This document shows, piece after piece, positions 1-11,740 of a DNA stretch of 33,789 nucleotides (position 1 is its first letter; every line of letters starts with the position of its first letter). The notes beneath the pieces are model-generated. The model was not told the DNA's origin. It did no database searches and saw nothing but the letters and a program-made list of their open reading frames with translations. The stretch is from positions 1 through 33,789 of the forward strand of contig CAWGJO010000015.1 in NCBI GenBank assembly GCA_963822945.1, read 5' to 3'. This stretch comes from an uncultured Gemmatimonadaceae bacterium. Its GTDB lineage: Bacteria > Gemmatimonadota > Gemmatimonadetes > Gemmatimonadales > Gemmatimonadaceae. A program made the position numbers and the translations under genes.

Positions 1-2735
1 GACGAACTGACCGCGGCGACGACGATTGCGCAAACGCCGGGGTTCGCGGCCGCCGTAACCGACCTCGCCGGTCGCGCCCACTCGGCCCCCGCTCGCGAAC
101 GCGTGCTCGCGTATCTCCGCATCGCCGGCACGCCGTCGCGCCGCACCGATGCGATGGTGGTGGACACGGACGGACACGTGCTCGCCAGCGCCGGGGGCGA
201 TCCGACGCCCGAGGTGGCACCCGCCACCCGGCGGGTGATGGCCGCCGCCCTCGCCGGCGGCAACGCCGCGCTGTCGCGCTTCTTCCTCGACTCGCACGGC
301 GTCGCGCGCATCGATGCGGCCGCGCCGGTCCGCACCGCGGCCGGGCGCCCCGTGGCCGTCCTGGTGCTGCGGAGCGACGCCCGCGCGAGCCTGACCCCAC
401 GGCCCCCGCAGACCGCCGAGGCGTACGGCGACATCGACGTGTACGTGGTCGAACGTGAGGGCGATACCGCCGTGGTGCTCACCGACCGCTCGGTGCCGCC
501 GGACACGGCGACGCCGCTGGCCCTCGTGCCGATGACCCGCACCCGCGTGGCCGTGGTCCAGGCCGTGCTGGGCCACACGGGCATGTACCAGAGCAACAGC
601 GCCAGCACGGGCGAGATCGTGGCCGACATGCGTTCGGTGCCCGGGTCGCCCTGGTTCCTGGTCACGTGGGGGCATGCCCAGACCCAGACGACCATCATCC
701 GGCGGCAGATTGCGGCCGTCGTCATCACGGCCGCTCTCCTGATCCTGCTGGCCGGACTGGGCGTGGCCCATGTGTACCGGCACCGCCAGGCGCTGGCGTA
801 TCGGGCCCTGTACGAGAGCGAGCGGCAACGGCGCGAGGGACAGGAGCGCCTGCGCGCCATCGTGGACGCCGAGCCCGAATGCGTGAAGGTCGTCGATCGA
901 GAGGGAGTCGTGCAGGAGATGAACGCCGCGGGCCTCGCCATGCTGGAGGTCGACTCGGTGGACGATCTGCGGCAGCAGCCTCTGGAGGCGTACATTCTGC
1001 CCCCGCACCGGGACGCGTTCCGCGCGCTCCATCAACGCGTGATGCACGGGGAATCCGGCGTCCTGGAGTTCGAGGTGGTCGGACTCCGGGCACGCGCCGA
1101 TGGCTGGAAACGCACGCCGTGCCGCTGCGCGACAAGAACGGCGACGTCGAGGCCCTGCTGGGGGTGACGCGCGACGTGACCGAGCACCGGCGGGCGCAGG
1201 CCGAACTGCTGCTGCAGAGCGCGGCGCTCAACGCGGCGGCCGACGCCATCGTGATCACCGACCGCGGCGGCACGATTCAGTGGGTCAATTCGGCCTTCGA
1301 GGCGCTGACCGGCTACACGGCCGGCGAGGCCGTGGGACGGAACCCCGGCGAACTGGTGAAGTCGGGGGTGCACGACCAGGCATTCTACCGCGAGATGTGG
1401 CAGACCATCCTGGCCGGCCGGCCGTGGCGCGGCGAGTTGACCAACCGCCGCAAGGACGGCACGCGGTATCTCGAGGAGCAGACCATCACGCCGGTGCGCG
1501 CGACGGTGTCCGACACGATCACCCATTTCGTGGCCGTGAAGCGCGACATCAGCGCCCAGCGCCAACTCGAACTCCAGTTCCTGCAGGCACAGAAGATGGA
1601 GACCGTGGGCCGGCTGGCCGGTGGCGTGGCGCACGACTTCAACAATCTGCTCACCGTGATCAATGGAACGGCGGAGCTGATGTTGCGGAAAGCCGGACCG
1701 GGCGACCCCGCCACCGCGGAGTTGCAGGCGATCGCGGACGCGGGGACCCGGGCGGCGCAGCTCACGCGCCAACTGCTGGCGTTCAGCCGCAAGCAGATGC
1801 TGCAGGTGGAGCCGCTGCATCTCAACACGTCGCTGCGCGGCATGGAAACCATGCTGCGCCGGATGGTGGGCGAGGACGTGCAGCTCGTGCTGCGCCTGAC
1901 CGACGACCTGGATCTGGTGCGTGCCGACCCCGGACAGATGGATCAGGTAATCCTGAATCTCGTGGTCAATGCACGCGACGCGATGCCACGCGGCGGCACC
2001 CTCACGATCGAGACCCGGAACGTGGAGTTCAGTGCCGAGCACGCTGCCTCGGAGCCCACGCTGAAGCCCGGGCGTCACGTCCTGGTGGCAATCAGCGACA
2101 CGGGACTGGGGATGGACGAGGCCACCCGCGAGCGCATCTTCGAGCCGTTCTTCACGACCAAGGAGTTGGGGCGCGGCACCGGCCTCGGCCTGTCCACGGT
2201 TTACGGCATCGTGCAGCAGAGCGGCGGGAGCATCGGCGTGTCCAGCGAACCCGGGCGCGGGACCACGTTCAAGATCTTTCTGCCGAGCGTGGACGGGAGC
2301 ACCGCGCATTCCAGGCCGGCGGCGGTGCCCGCCGAGCCGGCCGGTACCGAGACCGTGTTGGTGGTCGAGGACGAACCCGCCCTCCAGCAGTTGGCGGGAC
2401 GGGCGCTGCGGGCCGCCGGTTACGTGGTGCTCGCCGCGGCCACGGGCGAGGAGGCCGCCGCGCTGCTCGACGAACATCGGGACGAGGTGCACCTGATGCT
2501 CACCGACGTCGTGCTGCCCGGTATCAGCGGCCGGGAACTCGCGTCCCGGGTGGCCCCGCTCCACCCGGGACTGCGCGTGCTGTTCACGTCGGGTTACACC
2601 GACGACACCGTGCTGCACCACGGCGTGAGTGCACAGACGGCGAAGTTCCTCGCGAAGCCGTACTCGGTGGACGCGCTGATCCGGAAGGTCCGCGAAGTGC
2701 TCGACGCGGCCCCACCGCCCCGGGGACAGGTCTAG
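1..2735 (+). CDS. Membrane-bound multi-PAS hybrid sensor histidine kinase/response regulator (5'-truncated; one frameshift at ~1088-1090)
   Basis: Frame 1 is open from base 1 and encodes an extracytoplasmic Cache-like region, a TM helix ([19 protein letters not shown]) and PAS1 (DAEPECVK). Adding one G in the GGG run at 1088-1090 restores [15 protein letters not shown] and joins the 666..2735 frame. That frame has PAS2, H-box [12 protein letters not shown]-box [11 protein letters not shown]1 DTGLGM, F-box FEPFFTT, G2 GTGLGL and a receiver domain (VVEDE...LTDVVLP...LAKP). Confidence 0.9.
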
Positions 2736-2752
2736 ACCGCGCCTCGCGGCTC

Positions 2753-2781
2753 TTCATGCCCCTCCCGCGGGGCGTTAGCTT
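2753..2781 (+). promoter_or_regulatory. Possible sigma70-type promoter for the valS operon
   Basis: TTCATG (2753-2758), a 17-nt spacer and TAGCTT (2776-2781) in the short intergenic gap before valS. This is a weak match to consensus. Confidence 0.3.
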
Positions 2782-2818
2782 TCGGGTTTCCCGGCGCCCA
2801 CACCTGCCCGTTGATCCG

Positions 2819-5623
2819 ATGGCCAGCCCGCACACCACCGAACTGCCCGACCGATACGATCCCGCTGCCACCGAGGGCGAGATCTACCGCCGGTGGCGCG
2901 ACGCCGGCGCCTTCGGCGCCCCGGCCGCGGCGTCCGTCCGCGCCGGCGGCGATCGCGAGCCGTTCACGCTGGTCATGCCGCCTCCCAACGTCACCGCGAT
3001 CCTGCACGTGGGGCACGGGCTCAACAACACCGTCCAGGACGTGATCGTCCGTTGGGCGCGCATGCAGGCCGGAACCGAGGCGCTGTGGGTGCCCGGCACC
3101 GACCACGCCGGGATCGCCACGCAGAACGTGATCGAGAAGCAGCTGGGGGCCGAGGGCAAGACCCGCTTCGACCTCGGCCGCGAGGCCTTCGTGCAGCGGA
3201 CCGAGGCCTTCGTCGCCGAAACCGGCGGCACGATCCTCAAACAGCTCGAAGCGTTGGGCTGTTCCGCCGACTGGTCGCGCACCGCGTACACGTTCAGCCC
3301 CGAACTCTCGCGCGGCGTGCGCGAGGCGTTCGTGCGCCTGTACGAGAAGGACCTCATCTATCGCGGCCACCGTGTGATCCACTGGTGCCCGCGCTGCCTC
3401 ACGTCGCTCAGCGACGAGGAGGCGGAGTTCCAGGAGGAGACCGGCCGCCTGTATCACGTGGCGTACCCGGTCTCGGACGACCCGTCGCGCACGCTCGTCG
3501 TGGCCACCACCCGCCCCGAGACGATGCTGGGCGACGTGGCGCTGGCCGTGAACCCCGGCGACGACCGTTACCGCGAACTCGTGGGCAGGACCGTGCGCCT
3601 GCCGATCGTGGACCGCGACATTCCGGTGATCGCCGACGAGTACGCCGATCCGGCGTTCGGCACCGGCGTGGTCAAGATCACGCCGGCGCACGACGCCAAC
3701 GACTACGAGGTGGGCCGCCGCCACTCGCTGCCGATGCCGGTGGTCATCGACGACACCGCGCACATGGCCGAGGGGGCCGACGCCGAAGGACGCGTGCCCG
3801 ACTGGCTGGCCGGCCTCGACCGCTTCGACGCGCGCGAGAAGATCGTCGCCGCGCTCAAGACGTCGGGCGCGCTGGTGAAGACCGAGACGCACACGCACAA
3901 CGTGCGGCACTGCTACCGCTGCGACACGGTGGTGGAGCCGCGGCTGTCCGATCAGTGGTTCGTGAAGATGGAACCGCTCGCCCGCCCCGCGCTCGAGGCG
4001 GTGCGCAACGGCGCCGTCCGCATCCTGCCCGAGCGGTGGGAAGCCGTGTACGTCAACTGGCTGACCAACATCCGCGACTGGAACATCTCGCGTCAGCTCT
4101 GGTGGGGGCATCGCGTGCCCGTCTGGTACTGCGACGAGTGCGACCCGCCCAACACCTTCGCCAGCCGCGACGACCTCACCGAGTGCCCCAACTGCGGCTG
4201 CCCGGTGCGGCAGGACGAGGACGTGCTCGACACCTGGTTCTCGTCGTGGCTCTGGCCGATCTCCACACTCGGCTGGCCCGATGAGGATGCCCCCGATCTG
4301 CGGGCGTTCTATCCCACCGACGTGCTCGTCACCGCCCCGGAGATCCTCTTCTTCTGGGTGGCGCGGATGATCATGGCCGGGTACGAGTTCATGGGCCGCG
4401 CGCCCTTCCACACGGTGCTGCTGCACGGCACCGTGCGCGACACGAGCCACGTGAAGATGTCCAAGTCGCTGGGCAACGGCATCGACCCGCTGGACGTGAT
4501 CCGCCTGTACGGCGCCGACGCGCTGCGGTGGACGCTGATCTCCGGCATGGGACTCGGCGCCGACGTGATCCTCGACCCCGACGATCTCGAGAAGTCGTTC
4601 GCCACCGGGCGCAACTTCGCCACGAAGCTCTGGAACATCGGGCGCTTCCTGCTGTCGAACGTGGGCGATGCGCCCGTGCCGCCGCTGGAGTCCATCGCCG
4701 CCGGCCGGCTCGCGCGCGCCGACGCATGGATCCTCGCCCGCCTGGATGCGGCGATCGCCGAGTGCGATGCCGCCATGGGCCCGGTGCGCCCCACGACGGC
4801 GCTGGCCGGCGCGGACGCGGTGGCGTGGCGCCCCGAACAGCGCTTCCAGGGCATGCGCCTCAACGAGTACGCCGAATCGGCGCGCCGCTTCGTGTGGAGC
4901 GAGCTGGCCGACTGGTACGTGGAAGCCATCAAGGGCCGGCTCGCCGAGGGCGGGGAGGACGGCGAGGTGGCGCGCGCCGTGCTCGTGCACGCGTTCGACC
5001 GCGCGCTGCGTCTGCTGCACCCCATCGTGCCGTTCATCACCGAGGCGCTCTGGCAGCGGCTGCCGTCGCGCGAGCCCGGGGCGTTGTTGATGCGGGCGGC
5101 GTGGCCCACGGCGCGGAATCAGGCAGCACCCGGTGCGGTTGAGTTCGACCTCGTGAAGGAAGCGATCATGGCCATTCGGCAGATCCGATCGCAGTACGCC
5201 GTTCCGCCCGGAAAGCAGATCGACGTCGTGCTGGCTCCGGGACCCACCGGCTCCTTCACCAGTGCCATGACGGCGCTCTTCCGCGAGGAGTCGGGCACGT
5301 TCGCTCGAATCGCGCGGGCGTCGGTGCAGCTGGCCGACGAGTTGCCGCGAACGAGCGCGGCGCAGGCCGTGCTGTCGGGTGGCACCTCGCTGGCGGTGCC
5401 GCTTGCCGGCCTCATCGACATCGACAAGGAATGTGCGCGCCTCACGGCCGAGTTGCAGGGTCTCGACAAGCAGATCTCGGCGCTCCAGGGACGCCTGGGC
5501 AACGAGAAATTCATGTCCAGAGCACCCGAGCACGTCGTGGCGGCAGAACGGGACAAGCTCGTGGTCTGGATCGAGCGGCGCGGGCAACTGGCGCAAGCAG
5601 TCGAGGCGCTGTGCGGCGGCTGA
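2819..5623 (+). CDS. valS: Valine--tRNA ligase
   Basis: PPPNVT..LHVGH (HIGH motif), GTDHAGIATQ, editing motif ATTRPETMLGD, GTGVVKITPAHD, DWNISRQLWWGH, DVLDTWFSS, KMSKS and a C-terminal coiled coil. ATG at 2819; the upstream part of the 1507-aa ORF is a shadow of the kinase gene. Confidence 0.98.
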   Translation: MASPHTTELPDRYDPAATEGEIYRRWRDAGAFGAPAAASVRAGGDREPFTLVMPPPNVTAILHVGHGLNNTVQDVIVRWARMQAGTEALWVPGTDHAGIATQNVIEKQLGAEGKTRFDLGREAFVQRTEAFVAETGGTILKQLEALGCSADWSRTAYTFSPELSRGVREAFVRLYEKDLIYRGHRVIHWCPRCLTSLSDEEAEFQEETGRLYHVAYPVSDDPSRTLVVATTRPETMLGDVALAVNPGDDRYRELVGRTVRLPIVDRDIPVIADEYADPAFGTGVVKITPAHDANDYEVGRRHSLPMPVVIDDTAHMAEGADAEGRVPDWLAGLDRFDAREKIVAALKTSGALVKTETHTHNVRHCYRCDTVVEPRLSDQWFVKMEPLARPALEAVRNGAVRILPERWEAVYVNWLTNIRDWNISRQLWWGHRVPVWYCDECDPPNTFASRDDLTECPNCGCPVRQDEDVLDTWFSSWLWPISTLGWPDEDAPDLRAFYPTDVLVTAPEILFFWVARMIMAGYEFMGRAPFHTVLLHGTVRDTSHVKMSKSLGNGIDPLDVIRLYGADALRWTLISGMGLGADVILDPDDLEKSFATGRNFATKLWNIGRFLLSNVGDAPVPPLESIAAGRLARADAWILARLDAAIAECDAAMGPVRPTTALAGADAVAWRPEQRFQGMRLNEYAESARRFVWSELADWYVEAIKGRLAEGGEDGEVARAVLVHAFDRALRLLHPIVPFITEALWQRLPSREPGALLMRAAWPTARNQAAPGAVEFDLVKEAIMAIRQIRSQYAVPPGKQIDVVLAPGPTGSFTSAMTALFREESGTFARIARASVQLADELPRTSAAQAVLSGGTSLAVPLAGLIDIDKECARLTAELQGLDKQISALQGRLGNEKFMSRAPEHVVAAERDKLVVWIERRGQLAQAVEALCGG

Positions 5624-6900
5624 TCGCGCTCGTCCTGCTCGTCGGGTGCGCCTCCATGGCCCCGATTCCGGGCGGGCCCGAAGACCACACGCCGCCCAGG
5701 ATCGTCCGCGTCACGCCCGACACCAACGCCGTGAACTTTCACGGCGACGCGGTCGACTTCCGCTTCGACGGCGTGGTGAGCGACCGATCGGGGCCCACGC
5801 AGGATCTCAACGGATTGTTCATCATCTCGCCGCGCGACGGTGCGCCGCGCATCAGCTGGCACCGCGACCACATCGACGTCCGCCCGCAACGACGGCTGGC
5901 GCCCCAACACCGCATATCGCGTGACGATGCTGCCCGGCCTCGCCGATCTCAGCAGCAACGTCACGAAGTACACGTACTCCTTCGTCTTCAGCACCGGGCC
6001 GACGATCCCGCCGTTCGGCATCCTGGGGCGCGTGTTCGACTGGAGCGCGCAGCGAATCGCGCCCGGCGCCGTGGTCGAGGCCACGCGCCACATCGACAGC
6101 ACGGCCACGCAGCGCGCCGACAGCCTGGTCTACTTCGACATCGCCGACTCCACCGGGCAGTTCCAACTCGGGCCGCTCGACAGCGGCACGTACGCGGTCG
6201 TGGCCTACATCGATCCCAACCGCAACGGCAAACGCGATGTCGGCGAGTTGTGGGACAGCACGCTGGTCCACGTCACCACCACGCAGCCGTATCTCGAGAT
6301 GCTCGCCGCCCGCCGCGACACCGTCGGTCCGAGCATCGCGTCGGCAGACGAGATGGACAGCGTCAGCATCCGGCTCACCTTCGACAAACCGCTGAGTCCC
6401 GCCGGGCCGTTCGACCCGTCGCACTTCCGCGCGGTGCGGGGCGACTCCGTGCCGCTCACGATCGTCGCGGTGCGCACCCTCGCCGACTACCAGGCGGCCG
6501 TGGAAAAGGCCCGAGCGGACTCCGTGGCCCGTGCCGACTCGCTGGCGGCCCTGCGCGACACGACGAAGCGCCGCCGGCCCCCGACGCCGCCGGCCCCCGT
6601 GCGCCCGGCGCCCTCGGATACGTCGGCGTCGGCGCTCAAGCCCTCGAAGCCGGCGCCGCCCACCGACCTGGTCCTCCAGCTCGCGCCCCAATCCAGCCTG
6701 CCGCCGCTCACGCAGATTCGCGTCACGGCCACCGACATCCTGAACCTGCTCGGCTACAAGGGCACGTCGACGCGCGTATTCGCCACGCCCAAACCAGCGC
6801 CACCGCCCGACAGCACGAAGGCCGACACCAATCGGGTCCGCGTGCCGCCCGACACCTCCGGCGCCCGACCGCCGCTGACGAAGGCCGGAGGCGGACGGCC

Positions 6901-6904
<4 letters not shown>
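5611..6904 (+). CDS. Exported lipoprotein with Ig-like (Big_5-type) domains and a Pro-rich tail (one frameshift at ~5881-5888)
   Basis: GTG start overlapping the end of valS. Signal peptide and lipobox RRLIALVLLVG|C, then CA..PIPGGPEDHTPP as in FCB-group Ig-like lipoproteins. It continues after a +1 shift as NDGWRPNTAYRVT in the 5840..6904 frame and has a DxNxNG loop (DPNRNGKRD). The stop overlaps the selA start (GTGA). Confidence 0.8.
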
Positions 6905-8252
<1,348 letters not shown>

Positions 8253-8256
<4 letters not shown>

Positions 8257-8804
8257 GTGCCGCGCGCGCCGCCTTTCTCGACCGCGACGGCACCATCATG
8301 TACGACTTCCACTATACCGACCAGCCGGAGGACGTGATCCTGCTGGGCGGCGCGGCGCGCGCCGTGCGGCGCCTCAACGACGCCGGCATTCCGGTGATCG
8401 TGGCCACCAATCAATCGGGCGTCGCGCGCGGGTTCTTCACGATGGCCGACGCCGAACGGGTGAACGCGCGGATGCAGCAACTGCTGCTCGCCGAGGGCGC
8501 GCACTACGACGACATCTACGTATGCCCGCACCATCCGGAGTTCAGCGGCCCCTGCGCCTGCCGCAAGCCGGGCACCCTGCTCTTCGAGCGCGCCGCCGTG
8601 GACCATGGGCTCGACGTCACCCGGTCGGTGTTCGTGGGCGACCGGTTCCGCGACATCGAACCCGGCCTCGCGCTGGGCGGCGCGGGGATCCTCGTGCCCA
8701 ACGACGAGACGCCCGAAGACGACCTCGCGAGCGCGCGCCGGCGGGCGTCGGTAGCCGCCACGCTCGGCGACGCCGTGGAACAGTGGCTCGGAGCGGGCGC
8801 GTGA
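8253..8804 (+). CDS. gmhB: HAD-IIIA phosphatase, D,D-heptose 1,7-bisphosphate phosphatase/histidinol-phosphatase family
   Basis: FLDRDGT (DxD motif), TNQSGVARG, Zn loop CPHHP...CACRKP and VGD..RD. ATGA overlap with selA. The substrate is not certain from motifs alone. Confidence 0.8.
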
Positions 8805-9487
8805 GAGCACGGCTGGCCGTGCTCGCGTCGGGCGGCGGATCCAATCTCCAGGCGATCCTCGACTACTTCGACGCGCTCGGCGAGCGGCGCGCCGGCGACG
8901 TGGTGCTCGTGGCCTCCGACCGGCCGGGGGCGCACGCCCTGGCGCGTGCGCGGGCGCGCGGCATTCCCGCCGCTCTCATCCGCACCAAGGCACACCCCGA
9001 GGGCGCACCGCTGCTGCAATTGCTGCGCGACGCCCGGGTGGACTACGTGGTGCTGGCCGGATACCTTCGCCTCGTGCCGGCGGAGGTGGTGCGGGCCTAC
9101 ACGGGACGCATCGTCAACGTGCACCCGGCGCTGCTGCCGGCGTTCGGGGGTCCGGGCATGTACGGGCACCACGTGCACGAGGCCGTGATCGCCGCCCACG
9201 CAAGGGAGAGCGGCCCCACGGTGCACTTCGTGGACGAAGTGTTCGATCACGGCGCCGTCATCGCGCAGTGGGCGGTGCCCGTGCTCCCCAACGACACACC
9301 GGATGCGCTCGCCGCCCGCGTGCTGCGCATGGAACACCTGCTCTACCCGCGCGCGGTGCAGGCGCTGGCTGCCGGACGGATCCACCCCGGACAGCCGGCG
9401 CGCACCGGGCGCGTCACGCACGACCTCACCGCCGAGACGGACGTTCGGCCAATCGCAAAGGAGCTCGAGGATGCGTTGGATCGGTAA
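8801..9487 (+). CDS. purN: Phosphoribosylglycinamide formyltransferase
   Basis: LAVLASGGGSNLQAI, VLAGYLRL, NVHPALLPAFGGPGMYG and SGPTVHFV..FDHG. GTGA overlap with the gmhB-like gene. Confidence 0.96.
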   Translation: MRARLAVLASGGGSNLQAILDYFDALGERRAGDVVLVASDRPGAHALARARARGIPAALIRTKAHPEGAPLLQLLRDARVDYVVLAGYLRLVPAEVVRAYTGRIVNVHPALLPAFGGPGMYGHHVHEAVIAAHARESGPTVHFVDEVFDHGAVIAQWAVPVLPNDTPDALAARVLRMEHLLYPRAVQALAAGRIHPGQPARTGRVTHDLTAETDVRPIAKELEDALDR

Positions 9488-11631
9488 ACTGGCTTTCGCC
9501 GCGTTGTTCACGGCCGCCCTGCCGGGCGCGCGCGCGTCGGCGCAGCAGTTGGTGGCGCACCGCTCGGTCGCCTTCGTCGAGCCGTCGTTCGTGGACGCCG
9601 TGCAGGCCTGGATCCGCCTCCCCGTGGCCCCCGGGCACGAGCGCTTCGCCACCGACCGCATCCAGGCCGCCGATCCGGGGTGGACGCGCGATGCCCTGGG
9701 CAATCTGGTGAAGAGCCGCGGACAGGGCGCACCGGTGCGTGTGATCGCCTGCGGCCTCGATGCGCCGGCGTACGTGGTGAGCGAGATCCGCGACGACGGC
9801 TACATCCGCGTGCAGATGGCCGGCAACGGCCCGCGCCAACCGTTGTGGGACCAGTTCAATGAAGGCCAGCGCGTGCTGATCATGACCGGCAACCGCGCCA
9901 CGCCGGGCAAGGTGCAGATGGTGCCCGGCGTGTTCGGTGTGAAGAGCGTGCACCTGCTGCGCGGAAGCCCGGTGCACGACGGACTCACCAACATCAGCGA
10001 TCTCTGGCTCGACGTCGGCGCCACGAGCGCCGCCGACGTGAAGCGGATGGGCATCCAGCTGCTCGATCCCGTGTTCCGCGATCTCGTGCCGTGGACGGTG
10101 GACGGCTACGTGACCGGGCCCAATGCCGGGTCGCGCGCCGGGTGTGCGATGGTTGCCGCGGCGTCGAACGCGACCCCCGCCTCGGGGACGAGCATATTCG
10201 TGATCTCCGCGCAGAGTGCGTTCAGCTACGCCGGACTGCTCGGCGTGCTTGCCCGCACGCCCAACGTCGATTCGGTGTTCGTCGTGGGCGCTCCGTCGGC
10301 CCCGGCGCCCGAGGCAGATGCCGTCGTCGCCACGACGCCGCTCCGGCTGCCCTTCCCCGCGGCCGTGCCCGCCGCACCGGTGACGGCGGTGACCGTGCGC
10401 CGCGCGGACCCCAACACGCTCATCGAACGCATCAGCGGCAGCGACCTGGCGGAGCTGATGCGCGCCGTGGCGGCGCACGCCGGCGTCGACGTGGAGCGCG
10501 CGAAGCTCGTGCGCCCCAACGATGTGCTGCCAACCGTCGCCGAGCAGCGCGATGACCTCTCGCCCTACGCCGACCTGCTGGCCCGCCTTACCGACCGGTA
10601 CGGGGTCTCGCGCCACGAGGGCGCCGTGCGCGGTCTGGTGCGCGCCAATCTCCCCGCATGGGCAAGGCCGCTCGCCAAGGAAGACACGGCGGGCAATCTG
10701 TACGTGGCCGCCGGTCCCGACCGCGACACGGTGGTGATCGTGGCGCACATGGACGAGGTGGGCTTCAACGTGACGGGCATCGAGCCCGACGGCGCGCGTG
10801 GCGCTGAGCAACGCGGGCGGCTTCATCCCGACGCTCTGGGAGGGTGAGCCGGCGCTGCTGCACCGCGACGGCGACGCGCAGGGCTCGACGCGCACGCGCG
10901 ACTGCATGGCGACCAGCGCCTCGTCCACGCGCGGGGTGTTCCTGGTGCCCGACGAGACGGCGGCGCCCGCCGCCCGCGGCCGCGGCGGTCGCCGCGCGCC
11001 GGTGGTGCACTATGCCTGGTTCGGTCCCGACCCGGCCAAACTCGGCATCAAGCCCGGCATGACCGTCACCGGCTTCAAGTGCGCCACGCGGTTGGGACGC
11101 TACCGGTTCACGGCGCGCTCGATCGACGACCGGGCCGGCGACACCTCGCTGTTGTTCGCCCTCCGCGCCATCAACCCGCGCGCGCTCACGCACAAGGTGA
11201 TCTTCGCCTTCTCGACGCGCGAGGAGATCGGGCTGGAGGGCGCCGCGGCGCTCGCCGCCGAGTTCGGCGTGTCGGTCCGGCGGGTGCTGGCCATCGATAC
11301 GTTCGTGTCGTCCGACACGCCCTTCGAACCGCACCGGTTCGCCGACACGCCCATCGGCATGGGTCCGGTGGCGCGCATGCTCGACAACTCCAGCGTCACG
11401 CCGCCCGAGGAGTTCGCGCGGCTCGTGCGCATTGCCGAGTCGAACCACATTCCGCTGCAGTGGGGCACCACCAACGGGGGCAACGACGGCTCGGAGTTCG
11501 TGCGCTTCGGCGTGCCCGACGTGCCCATCGGGTGGCCGCTGCGGTACAGTCATTCGCCCGCCGAGGTGATCGATCTGCGGGACATTCGCTCGCTGTCGCA
11601 GTTGGTGGCGGCGATAGCGGTTGCACGGTAG
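9471..11631 (+). CDS. Secreted tandem M42-family metallopeptidase: degenerate N-terminal copy plus catalytic C-terminal copy (one frameshift at ~10790-10798)
   Basis: ATG 9471 follows AAGGAG/GAGG. Signal peptide MRWIGKLAFAALFTAALPGARASA|Q. The C-terminal copy has GVSRHE, AHMDEVG, SIDDRAG, STREEIG, AIDT, GGNDG and RYSHS. ORFs 9303..10847 and 10798..11631 join at GIEPDG/VALSNAGG. Confidence 0.85.
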
Positions 11632-11642
11632 TTCCGCCGGCT

Positions 11643-11713
11643 GACTGTCGGACTGTCCGACTGTCCGACCGTTGAAGGGCCCGGCGTTCCAGGTTCAGAG
11701 TTCATAGTTCATA
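11643..11713. repeat. Two short intergenic tandem arrays (8-mer x4 and 7-mer x4)
   Basis: GACTGTCG GACTGTCC GACTGTCC GACCGTTG (11643-11674) and GTTCCAG GTTCAGA GTTCATA GTTCATA (11686-11713). Confidence 0.8.
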
Positions 11714-11740
11714 GGCGACCCAATCCTTAAACCGACCATC

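Noticed and set aside
1100..2818. 1507-aa ORF suggesting a large N-terminal extension on ValRS
   Set aside because: The extension is an Arg/Gly-rich off-frame shadow of the kinase gene. ValRS homology starts at ATG 2819.
2736..2818. T-box leader for valS
   Set aside because: The gap is only ~83 nt, with no T-box consensus or terminator.
5431..6900. 941-aa ORF suggesting a lipoprotein-SelA fusion
   Set aside because: It arises from the frameshift at ~5885 plus a stop-free GC-rich frame. SelA has its own GTG overlapping the lipoprotein stop.
11632..11740. ZMP/ZTP (pfl) riboswitch upstream of purH
   Set aside because: The expected GACUGGCG and CGCCUGGG elements are not present; the region is microrepeats.
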